Part shown: in pieces, positions 9,922 through 18,700 of the stretch
How the letters are laid out: each line of letters starts with the position of its first letter
Numbering within the stretch: the stretch's first letter is position 1
Source: an archaeon
Lineage (GTDB): Archaea; Nanobdellota; Nanobdellia; Pacearchaeales; GW2011-AR1
Assembly (NCBI GenBank): GCA_027341315.1
Contig: DAIENA010000001.1
Span: forward strand, 1 to 38,872
Reading direction: 5' to 3'
Length of the DNA stretch: 38,872 bases
Notes under the pieces: generated by a model
Database searches by the model: none
Told to the model about the DNA's origin: nothing
The model's input: the letters and a program-made list of their open reading frames with translations, nothing else
Position numbers and translations under genes: made by a program

Positions 9922-9972
9922 TTTTAATTTTCTTATCCAAAATTTTATAAACAAAAATTTCTTAGGGGCTTG

Positions 9973-10299
9973 ATGGCAAATGGCGAGATTATTCCGGAAT
10001 TAACGAACGGCGAGTTTGAAGAGTTTGCAAAAGACGGGCTTGTGTTTATTGATTTTTTTGCGGAATGGTGCATGCCGTGCACGATGATGAGCCCGATAAT
10101 CGAAGACCTTTCGGAAGAGTTCGACGGAAAAATAAAGTTCGGGAAAATCGACGTCGACGACAACGCACGAATCGCCCAGAAGTTTGAAGTTTCATCGATT
10201 CCGACTTTCGTTTTGTTAAAAGACATGCAGATTGTCGAACGACTTTCCGGGACGATTTCTCAGGACGAACTCGAGGAAGTTTTAAGGAAACATTTGTAA
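9973..10299 (+). CDS. trxA: thioredoxin
   Basis: DFFAEWCMPC, KIDVD, V.SIPT; ATG 9973 is 29 nt after TTTATAAA (9944). Confidence 0.93.
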   Translation: MANGEIIPELTNGEFEEFAKDGLVFIDFFAEWCMPCTMMSPIIEDLSEEFDGKIKFGKIDVDDNARIAQKFEVSSIPTFVLLKDMQIVERLSGTISQDELEEVLRKHL

Positions 10300-10345
10300 T
10301 TTAATCTCGAGAAACTTTTATAAACTATTTTCCTAATTTACATCT

Positions 10346-10477
10346 ATTAATAACGGCTCCGTAGCTCGGCTCGCAAGCCCAGTTGCGGTTTCCATTTACG
10401 TTGCACAGATTTTGTGCAACTGAACATTGCTCGGCCTGGTCGACCAGTCTGAACAATTAATAACGGCTCCGTAGCTC
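10346..10477 (+). repeat. 22-bp exact direct repeat covering the tRNA-Lys leader and 5' end; upstream copy is an interrupted tRNA fragment
   Basis: ATTAATAACGGCTCCGTAGCTC at 10346-10367 and 10456-10477 (110-bp period). Confidence 0.9.
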
Positions 10478-10582
10478 AGCCTGGTCAGAGCACCGGACTT
10501 TTATGCACGACTTCGTCGTACGTTCTTCGCGAAGCGTCGCAAAGAAATCCGGGTGTCGAGGGTTCAAATCCCTTCGGGGCCA
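10465..10582 (+). tRNA. tRNA-Lys(UUU) with 43-nt intron at 37/38 (10504-10546)
   Basis: Acceptor GGCTCCG/CGGGGCC+A, D arm GCTC/GAGC, anticodon stem CCGGA/TCCGG, TTT at 10500-10502, T arm GAGGG-TTCAAAT-CCCTT; BHB with central helix CTTT/AAAG and two 3-nt bulges; no encoded CCA. Confidence 0.93.
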
Positions 10583-10604
10583 TAATCTTCAATTACAAAA
10601 TAAA

Positions 10605-10931
10605 ATGAATTTGAAAAAACTGTTATCCACTTCTGCCGTTGAGAAAAAGTATTTGGAAGCAGGAAGAGTTTTTGGAGATAATTTGAGTTACATTTTTCTA
10701 GGAAAATGCGTCGAGTTTGAAAAAAATCTTGATAAATTAATTTCTTGGGAATTAGAATATGCAAAAAGAGGATTCAAAACCATCCCCCTTAATGAATTTG
10801 TAGAATTTGGCAGATATGGAAAGGACATAAAAAATATTTTAGGAAAAAAACGCGACGCCGGCGAAAAACCGTCATATCCCGCTCAAAATTACAAAGATAT
10901 TCTTTCATGGAAAGAAATTTTTTCGGATTAA
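10605..10931 (+). CDS. hypothetical protein
   Basis: Track ORF 10503-10931 overlaps the tRNA; first ATG after the tRNA is 10605. Confidence 0.65.
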   Translation: MNLKKLLSTSAVEKKYLEAGRVFGDNLSYIFLGKCVEFEKNLDKLISWELEYAKRGFKTIPLNEFVEFGRYGKDIKNILGKKRDAGEKPSYPAQNYKDILSWKEIFSD

Positions 10932-11121
10932 ATTTTGAAATAGGACAAAATAATTTTCAAATTATAAATTTTTTGGTAAATAATTGTTGAAAATTCCAAG
11001 AAAATCTATTAACCACAACATTTTTAAACCATTTTTTAGTATCATTTATTATAGCACGTCTATCCATAAGTTACTCCTTAGGGGCGATTGTGTAAAATTA
11101 AAAATCACCGACGACAAAAAT

Positions 11122-11334
11122 ATGCATATTCTACAACCAAAGCACATTAAAATGAATGAAAAAGAAGTTGAAGAGCTTTTGGATAAATTAAATATCTCAA
11201 AAAGTCAGTTACCGAAAATTTTGGACGGTGATGTTGCGCTTCCGGAAGGTTGTGAAATCGGGGACGTCATAAAAATCGAGAGAAAAGATTCAGAGACCGG
11301 CGAATTAAATATTTATTTTAGGGTTGTTGTATAA
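11122..11334 (+). CDS. rpoH: RNA polymerase subunit Rpo5 (H)
   Basis: MHILQPKH, SQLPKI, GDVIKIERK, YFRVV; stop overlaps the rpoB start. Confidence 0.93.
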   Translation: MHILQPKHIKMNEKEVEELLDKLNISKSQLPKILDGDVALPEGCEIGDVIKIERKDSETGELNIYFRVVV

Positions 11335-14300
11335 TGGTTGAGGGAAAAAATCATCTTGTTGTTAAGAAATATCTTGAGGACCACTCACTTGTTGAGTCTA
11401 ACATAATTTCTTATAATGAATTCATAAGTGAAAGAATGCAGGAAATTGTCGACGACATTTCTAATTCAATTGAACAGGACGAGGAAGAATTTAAAATTCA
11501 GCTTGGAAAAATTGAAGTCGGAAAGCCCGCGGTTATAGAGGCTGACGGAAGTACGTCGACGATTATGCCATACGAAGCAAGAATAAGAAATCTCACTTAC
11601 GCCGCGCCGATAAGTCTTGAACTTACTGTGAAAAAAGACGGACAGGTCGACTCCGAAGTTGTTGAGATTGGAAAAATTCCGGTGATGGTTAAAAGTAAAG
11701 CCTGCAACACATCAGGTTTTGACAGGGAAAAACTTATAGAAAATTATCATGACCCTCTTGATCCAGGAGGATATTTTATTATTAAGGGTAATGAAAGAGT
11801 TATGGTTATGGCCGAAGACCTTGCTGAAAATCAACCGTTCATAGAAGAAAATTCAAAGGGCCAGCTTGTTTTAAAATTATTTTCACTGAAAGGAACTTAC
11901 AGAATTCCGACGACGATAAAAGAGGCAAAAGACGGAATTTTTGAAACTTCATTTTCGAGATTTAAAGATATGCCGACGGTGATATTACTTAAGGCGTTGG
12001 GATTGACAAAAGAGTCGGATATTGCAAGATACATCGGAAAGGAAACTGACAGCGTTATTGTCAACCTTTATGAATTCGCAAACATTGCAACTGAAGAAGA
12101 CGCGATGATGTACATTGCCGAGAAAACAAATCTTCAGGGTACAAAAAAAGAAATTTTAGACAGAGTAAAGCAAAGAATTGATTCTTACCTTTTCCCCCAC
12201 ATCGGGCAGAACAAGGCGTCGCGAATGAAAAAAGCAGTCACGATTTGTAAACTTGTTAAACAATTTCTTTTGGCAAAAGAAGATACAACTCTTAGAACTG
12301 ATAAAGACCATTATGCAAATAAAAGAGTTCGACTTTCAGGAGATTTATTGACGACGCTTTTCAAAGTTAACCTTGGAATTTTAATACGAGACTTGCAATA
12401 TTCACTGCAGAAATCCCAGAAGAGAAAGAAATTTTTCTCAATTAAAGTTCTTGCAAAGTCAACTTTGTTTTCTCACAGAATTGAATCAGCGATTGCGACC
12501 GGTTCATGGACGGGGGAAAGAAGCGGGGTTACGCAGAACATGGATAAGACAAATTATCTTGCGACGATTTCACAGCTTCAAAGAGTGGCAAGCATGCTTG
12601 AGTCAGGCCAGGAAAATTTTAAAGCAAGAACTCTTCACCCGACGCACTTTGGAAGATTTTGCCCGATTGAAACTCCGGAAGGAACCGAAACGGGGCTCCG
12701 AAAAAATCTTGCGTTACTCAGTAAGGTGTCAACAAGAGTGGACCTTGACGAAGACAAATTTATAAAATATCTGGAGAAGTCCGGTCTTGACAAGGAATTG
12801 AATGAAGGTTCAGAAGTTTTTTTCAACGGAAACTATATTGGAAATGTTAAAGACTCTAAAGAGTTTTCAAATTTAATTAAAGAAAAAAGAAGAGGAGGAG
12901 AACTTCCGATAGAATTAAGCATTAACGAAAAGGAGGGTCTTCAGACTATTTTAATTTCAACTGAACCGGGAAGAGTTCTCAGGCCTTTAATTGTTATTGC
13001 CGACGGAGTTTCAAAATTAAAAAATGAACATCTTATCCAGCTTGAGCAGGGAAATTTAAAATGGATAGACCTCGTTAAATCCGGAATAATTGAATATATC
13101 GACGCTGCGGAGGAAGAAAGCGCGCTCGTTGCAATGAATTCGAACGAACTCACGACGGAACACACACATATGGAAGTAGATCCTGTTGCTTTTTTAGGGG
13201 TTGTTACAAGTATAACTCCGTATGTAAACCACAATTCATGTGCTAAATTAATTAAAGGAACAAAAAGTTTCAAGCAGTCACTTGGACTTTACGCGGCAAA
13301 TTATCTTTGTAGACTTGATACAGATGTTTCGGTATTACAGTATCCGCAAAAACCAATTGTAAGAAGTTTTGTTTATGACACTTTAAACACTTATCCTGCA
13401 GGTCAGAATCTCACCGTCGCTATTATGACGCACGAAGGGTATAACATGGAAGATGCTCTTGTTTTAAACAAGGGAAGTCTTCAGCGTGGCGTCGGAAGAA
13501 GCTTTTATTTTAGACCTTACTCTGCAATTGAAATGAATTACGCCGGAGGATTAAAAGACGAAATTGTAATTCCGGACAAAGACGTTTCGGGATACAAAAT
13601 GGAATCTCTTTACGGCTCTCTTGAAAACGACGGAATAATTTATCCGGAAGCAGATATTAACGAGGGGGAAGTTTTAATTGGTAAAACTTCGCCGCCGAAA
13701 TTTTTGAGTGAAGCAAGAGAAATTTCAGTCAGAACGAAAAAAGAGTCGAGCGTAACTTTAAGACAGGAAGAAAAAGGAATTGTGGAATCTGTTTTTGTAA
13801 CAATCGACGACGAGGGAAACAAAATCGTTCAGGTAAAAACAAGAGATTTAAGAATTCCGGAACTCGGAGATAAATATGCAACTCCGTACGGGCAGAAGGG
13901 AGTTATAGGCGCAATTATCGACGAGGAAGACGTTCCGTTCACGCAAAGCGGAGTAAGACCCGACGTTTTATTTAATCCGCACGGACTTCCGAGCCGTATG
14001 AGTGTAGGTTATTTACTTGAACTCTTGGCAGGAAAAGTCGGATGTCTTCGAGGAGAAACTGTCGACGGAACTGCCTTTGGCGGGGAAACAAAAAAAGATC
14101 TTGAAGAACAGCTTCAGAATTTAGGATTCAGATACGACGGAAAAGAAACAATGAGAAGCGGAGTTACAGGGAAGAAAATTGAATCCAAAATATTTTTAGG
14201 AAATCTTTATTATTTGAAACTTAAATATATGGTTGCAAATAAAATGCACGGAAGAGCGTCGGGAAAGATTGCTCTTTTGACAAGACAGCCAATTGAAGGT

Positions 14301-14597
14301 CGTTCACGTGGCGGTGCCTTAAGACTTGGTGAAATGGAGCAACAGGCGCTTGTCGCCCACGGTGCGTCGCTGTTATTAAAAGAAAGATACGATTCAGACA
14401 AGGTCGTTCTTCCGATTTGTTCAAAGTGCGGTTCGATAGGTATCGAGGACAAAATAAGAAAAAAGACGGTTTGTCCGGAATGTCATTCGGAAGAAATTGA
14501 ACCAATCGAAGTTTCGTACGCTTTCAAACTTTTGATTGAAGAACTTCAGGGACTTCACGTTCACACTAAATTTGAATTAAAAAATAAATACGAATAA
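11334..14597 (+). CDS. rpoB: RNA polymerase subunit Rpo2 (B), unsplit
   Basis: EARIRNLTY, GGYFIIKGNERV, CPIETPEG, GYNMEDA, NPHGLPSRM, LTRQPIEGR, RLGEME, C-terminal zinc ribbon. Confidence 0.98.
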   Translation: MVEGKNHLVVKKYLEDHSLVESNIISYNEFISERMQEIVDDISNSIEQDEEEFKIQLGKIEVGKPAVIEADGSTSTIMPYEARIRNLTYAAPISLELTVKKDGQVDSEVVEIGKIPVMVKSKACNTSGFDREKLIENYHDPLDPGGYFIIKGNERVMVMAEDLAENQPFIEENSKGQLVLKLFSLKGTYRIPTTIKEAKDGIFETSFSRFKDMPTVILLKALGLTKESDIARYIGKETDSVIVNLYEFANIATEEDAMMYIAEKTNLQGTKKEILDRVKQRIDSYLFPHIGQNKASRMKKAVTICKLVKQFLLAKEDTTLRTDKDHYANKRVRLSGDLLTTLFKVNLGILIRDLQYSLQKSQKRKKFFSIKVLAKSTLFSHRIESAIATGSWTGERSGVTQNMDKTNYLATISQLQRVASMLESGQENFKARTLHPTHFGRFCPIETPEGTETGLRKNLALLSKVSTRVDLDEDKFIKYLEKSGLDKELNEGSEVFFNGNYIGNVKDSKEFSNLIKEKRRGGELPIELSINEKEGLQTILISTEPGRVLRPLIVIADGVSKLKNEHLIQLEQGNLKWIDLVKSGIIEYIDAAEEESALVAMNSNELTTEHTHMEVDPVAFLGVVTSITPYVNHNSCAKLIKGTKSFKQSLGLYAANYLCRLDTDVSVLQYPQKPIVRSFVYDTLNTYPAGQNLTVAIMTHEGYNMEDALVLNKGSLQRGVGRSFYFRPYSAIEMNYAGGLKDEIVIPDKDVSGYKMESLYGSLENDGIIYPEADINEGEVLIGKTSPPKFLSEAREISVRTKKESSVTLRQEEKGIVESVFVTIDDEGNKIVQVKTRDLRIPELGDKYATPYGQKGVIGAIIDEEDVPFTQSGVRPDVLFNPHGLPSRMSVGYLLELLAGKVGCLRGETVDGTAFGGETKKDLEEQLQNLGFRYDGKETMRSGVTGKKIESKIFLGNLYYLKLKYMVANKMHGRASGKIALLTRQPIEGRSRGGALRLGEMEQQALVAHGASLLLKERYDSDKVVLPICSKCGSIGIEDKIRKKTVCPECHSEEIEPIEVSYAFKLLIEELQGLHVHTKFELKNKYE

Positions 14598-14598
14598 A

Positions 14599-14913
14599 AT
14601 GACAGTAAAATTAATCCAGTTCGAAAAACCAGAAGAGTATGATTTAATTAAAAATTACCTTCTGGAAAAATATAAAGATGAAAAAGATTTGGTTTCACAT
14701 GTGAATGATTCAAGAGCTTATTTTGGTCTCAAGGAATATGAAGTTTCTGCCAACCGTGAAGAAAAGAGAGTAATTCTTTTCGAATTTAAAAAAGGTGGAG
14801 AAAAAATTAATAATTTAGAAAAAGAATTAAAAGGGATACTTGGTAAAAATGAATTAAGTGAGAAAACGAGGGAAGATTTTCAGAAAGTTCTGGGGGAAAC
14901 AATTAAAAATTAA
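14599..14913 (+). CDS. hypothetical small protein (paralog of 15171-15473)
   Basis: Coupled to rpoB by TAAaATG; shares YFG..YE.SAN...KRVI and GEKINNLEKEL with the 15171 ORF. Confidence 0.8.
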   Translation: MTVKLIQFEKPEEYDLIKNYLLEKYKDEKDLVSHVNDSRAYFGLKEYEVSANREEKRVILFEFKKGGEKINNLEKELKGILGKNELSEKTREDFQKVLGETIKN

Positions 14914-14914
14914 A

Positions 14915-15169
14915 ATGAAAACAGAAATAAAATTTAAAGATGAAAATGAGTTTGAAATAATGGGAATGCAAATAGCAAATTATTTTGAAAAGGTGCTGGG
15001 AGTTTACACTCCGGGAGAATTAAAAAGTCATTACAGTATTAAAAATGAAAATCCTGTTGAAATAGAGATCTATCACAAGGAAAGAACTATTTTTATCGAC
15101 GGGAAAACAAATCATAAGAAAAGCTTTCTTGAAAAAATTGCAAAAGAACCATCGGAGGTTTTAGTTTAA
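14915..15169 (+). CDS. hypothetical small protein
   Basis: ATG 14915 follows TAAa of the previous ORF (track GTG start 14858 overlaps it); 84 aa. Confidence 0.75.
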   Translation: MKTEIKFKDENEFEIMGMQIANYFEKVLGVYTPGELKSHYSIKNENPVEIEIYHKERTIFIDGKTNHKKSFLEKIAKEPSEVLV

Positions 15170-15170
15170 A

Positions 15171-15473
15171 ATGAACACTATAACAAATTTAGAGAAATTA
15201 AATATGACGGAAATAAAAATAATTCCCATAGAAACATACAGCCAATACGAGGCAGTCAGAGATTATCTTTTAAAACTGCATTTAGATGAAAAAAACGGAA
15301 CTTTGTTTAGAGGTAGAAATAAAACTTATTTTGGAAATGAAAAATATGAAATCTCTGCAAACATGGATAAAAAAAGAGTAATTATAATCCAAGAAAACGA
15401 GGATGGAGAAAAGATTAATAATTTAGAAAAAGAATTAAACAATGTAGTTGGAGGTTTGAATAATACAAAATGA
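15171..15473 (+). CDS. hypothetical small protein (paralog of 14599-14913)
   Basis: TAAaATG junction, GGAGGT at 15154-15159; 35/36 nt identity between 15404-15439 and 14796-14831. Confidence 0.8.
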   Translation: MNTITNLEKLNMTEIKIIPIETYSQYEAVRDYLLKLHLDEKNGTLFRGRNKTYFGNEKYEISANMDKKRVIIIQENEDGEKINNLEKELNNVVGGLNNTK

Positions 15474-15733
15474 CAACAGTAGAACAATATGTCGCGTATG
15501 GAAAAATAAAGTTGAGAGAATTGGAAACAGAATTATTATTTGAATTTTCCCAAGTTAAGGCAAATTTAAAACAGTTGGAAGAAGGAAACGAAAATAGTGA
15601 ATTAGGAATTCATTGTCTTAGATTTCGAAGGATGTCTTTAGAGTTGGGATATTATGACGTGGATACTTCAAAGCTGGATAGGGAATATAAATCACTTTTG
15701 CCTCAAATAAATAAATACATTAAAGCAAGTTAA
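15470..15733 (+). CDS. hypothetical small helical protein
   Basis: ATGA overlap with the previous ORF, GGAGGT at 15450-15455, TAAaATG junction to rpoA. Confidence 0.7.
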   Translation: MTTVEQYVAYGKIKLRELETELLFEFSQVKANLKQLEEGNENSELGIHCLRFRRMSLELGYYDVDTSKLDREYKSLLPQINKYIKAS

Positions 15734-15734
15734 A

Positions 15735-18700
15735 ATGAAAAAAACAATATCAAAAAAAATCGGAGAAATTAAGTTTTCACTTCTTAGCCCTGAAGAAATC
15801 AAGAAAATTTCAGTTGCGAAAATTGTGACGCCGGAACTTTACGATATTGACGGCTATCCCGTCGACGGTGGATTAATGGATTTAAGACTCGGAGCAATTG
15901 ACCCGGGAGTCAGATGCCGAACCTGCGGAGGGAAAATAAAAGAATGTCTTGGACACCCCGGAAGTATAGACCTTGCTAAACCAATAATTCATTTAAAATA
16001 TGTTCCGGTTATAGAACTTGGACTTAGATGCTTCTGTCAGGAATGCGGGAAACTTATGCTTGACGACAAAGACCTGAAAAAATATACTCCAAGCCAGAGA
16101 GCAAAAAAAGCAAAAGATGCAAAAAAATGCCCTCATTGTCAGGCGACTCAGGAAAAAGTAAAACTTGACAAACCAACGAGTTTTTACCGGGGGAAAACGA
16201 GAATTTTCCCGACGGAAATACGTGAGAGTCTTGTTAGAATCCCGGACGAGGAACTTAAAAAAATTGCAATCGACCCGACGACATGCAGAGTTGAATGGTC
16301 TGTTTTGAATTCATTGATTGTCCCCCCCGTAACCGTGAGACCGTCTATAATTCTTGAAACAGGGGAAAGAAGTGAAGATGACCTTACTCATAAATTGTCC
16401 GATATAATCAGAGCAAATCAAAGACTTTGGGAAAACCTAAACGCCGGAGCCCCTGAAGTTATTATTGAAGACCTTTGGGATTTATTACAATACCACGTCA
16501 CGACATTTTTTGACAACACCGTCGCCAGAGTTCCGCCAGCAAGACACAGAAGCGGTCAGCCGTTAAAAACAATTGAAGAAAGAATAAAAGGAAAAGAAGG
16601 AAGAATAAGAAAAAATATTGCAGGTAAAAGAGTTAATTATTCGGGTAGAACAGTTATTAGCCCCGACCCAAATATTAATATAAATGAAGTTGGAGTTCCT
16701 TATGAAATCGCAAAAGTTGTGACTGTTGCCGAGACTGTTAATGATTTTAATAAAGAAAAACTTTCAGAATTAATTAAAAGCGGGGAAAACTGGCCTGGAG
16801 CAAATTATGTAATAAGACCCGACGGACGAAAGAAAAAAATTACTCCGGAACTTCAGGAAGAAATTATTGAAGAATTAAAACCCGGTTACCAAGTTGAGAG
16901 ACATTTACAAAACGGGGATATCGTTTTATTCAACAGACACCCCTCACTTCACAGGGCAAGTTTAATGGCGCATTATGTTCGGGTTTTACCGGGAAGAACT
17001 TTTCGGGTTCACCCTGCTGCCGCTAATCCGTATAACGCCGACTTCGACGGTGACGAGATGAATATTCACTCTCCGCAGACTGAAGAAGCAAGAGCGGAAG
17101 CAAAAATACTTCTTGACGTTAAACAAAATTTAATTTCTCCGAAAAACAATACTAACTTAATCGGTTGTATTGTCGACGCTGTAACCGGAAATTATATGCT
17201 TGGTAAAAGAGATTTCACAAGAGAGGATGCAAATCAACTTTTGTATAAATCAGGAATTGAAGCTGAATTCAGTGGAAAGACAGTTTCAGGAAAAGAGATT
17301 TTTTCAATGGTGCTTCCTGAAATTGATTTCTCAAATAATTCTCTTGACATAAAGAAAGGAAAAGTCACTAAAGGTGAAATTGATAAATCAACTTTTGGAG
17401 ATGAAGAAGGAGAACTTGTAAAAATAATTGACGCAAAATACGGACGAAGCGCCGCTTTTGAAACTATAAGAAAGGCATTTAACCTTGGAAAAAATTATCT
17501 TTCTGAAACAGGAATCACTATTTCCGTCGAGGATTTTGATTTGGATGAAGAAACTATTGAAGAAAGTGAAAAAATAATTAAGGCGACGGAAAAGAAGGCT
17601 GAGGAAATAATCAAATCTTACGAGGACGGAACACTTGAACTTATTCCGAGTAAATCTCTTGAAGAATCACGGGAGATTCACTTATTGAAGGTTCTTAATG
17701 AAGCGAGAACAAAAATCGGTGCGATGGTTAAAGAAAGATTCCCTGAAACAAATCCGGTTGACCACATGATAAAGTCCGGTGGCGGGGGAAACATTTTGAA
17801 TATTACACAAATGGCGTCGAGTGTTGGTCAGCAGGCTTTTGCCGGCGGAAGAATCGACATCGGGTACACTCAAAGAACTCTTCCATTTTTCAAGAGAGGA
17901 GATTTGTCGCCGCGTTCGAGAGGATTTATCAGAAATGGTTTTATAAGAGGGCTTAAACCCGACGAATTTTTCTTCCAGTCAATTACAGGAAGAGATTCAA
18001 TTATGGACACTGGTTTACGAACTCCTAAGTCGGGATATTTGTATAGACGTCTAGCTAACGCGCTTCAGGACATGAGAGTCGAATACGACGGAACAATAAG
18101 AGATTCAGGAAACAATATAATTCAATTCCAGTACGGCGTCGACGGATATGACGTTTCGAAAATCCACCTGAAAGAAAAAATTTCTCCGGGTGAAGCGGTC
18201 GGACTCGTGACGGCGCAGTCTTTCGGTGAAGCTTCGACGCAGATGGTCCTTAACACGTTCCACATGGCCGGTGTTGCTGAAATGCAGGTTACAACCGGTT
18301 TACCCAGAATAATCGAAATTTTTGATGCAAGGAAAAAACCTTCTTCTCCGAAAATGGAAATTTATCTTGAGAAAGATTATGACAATGAAGAAGAAGCAAA
18401 ATCTTTTGCAGAGAGAATAAAAGAAGTTACATTAAAGGAAGTCTCTACGGAAATTAATCTTGACTTTGGAGAAAAAGTAATTACAATTAATCTAGACAAA
18501 GATGAACTTAAAAAAACTCATGCAACTCCAAATAAGGTTGCCGAGAGACTTAATGAATTAGGATTTAAAGTTGAAAATAAAGGAAACTCGATTGTCCTTA
18601 ACGCTTCGGATTATCAATTTAAAGAAATTTATCAACTTAAAGAAAAATTAAAGAAATCAATTATTTCAGGAATTAAGGGAATTGAACAGATTTTAATTTC

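Noticed and set aside
10355..10455. Upstream tRNA fragment as a functional split-tRNA half or second intron-containing tRNA
   Set aside because: Similarity ends in the D-loop, with no D-stem 3' strand or anticodon arm, and I found no convincing BHB around the insert.
10503..10604. N-terminal extensions of track ORFs 10503, 10984, 14858 and 34810
   Set aside because: They overlap tRNAs, promoters or upstream genes; downstream ATGs match family starts or coupling junctions.
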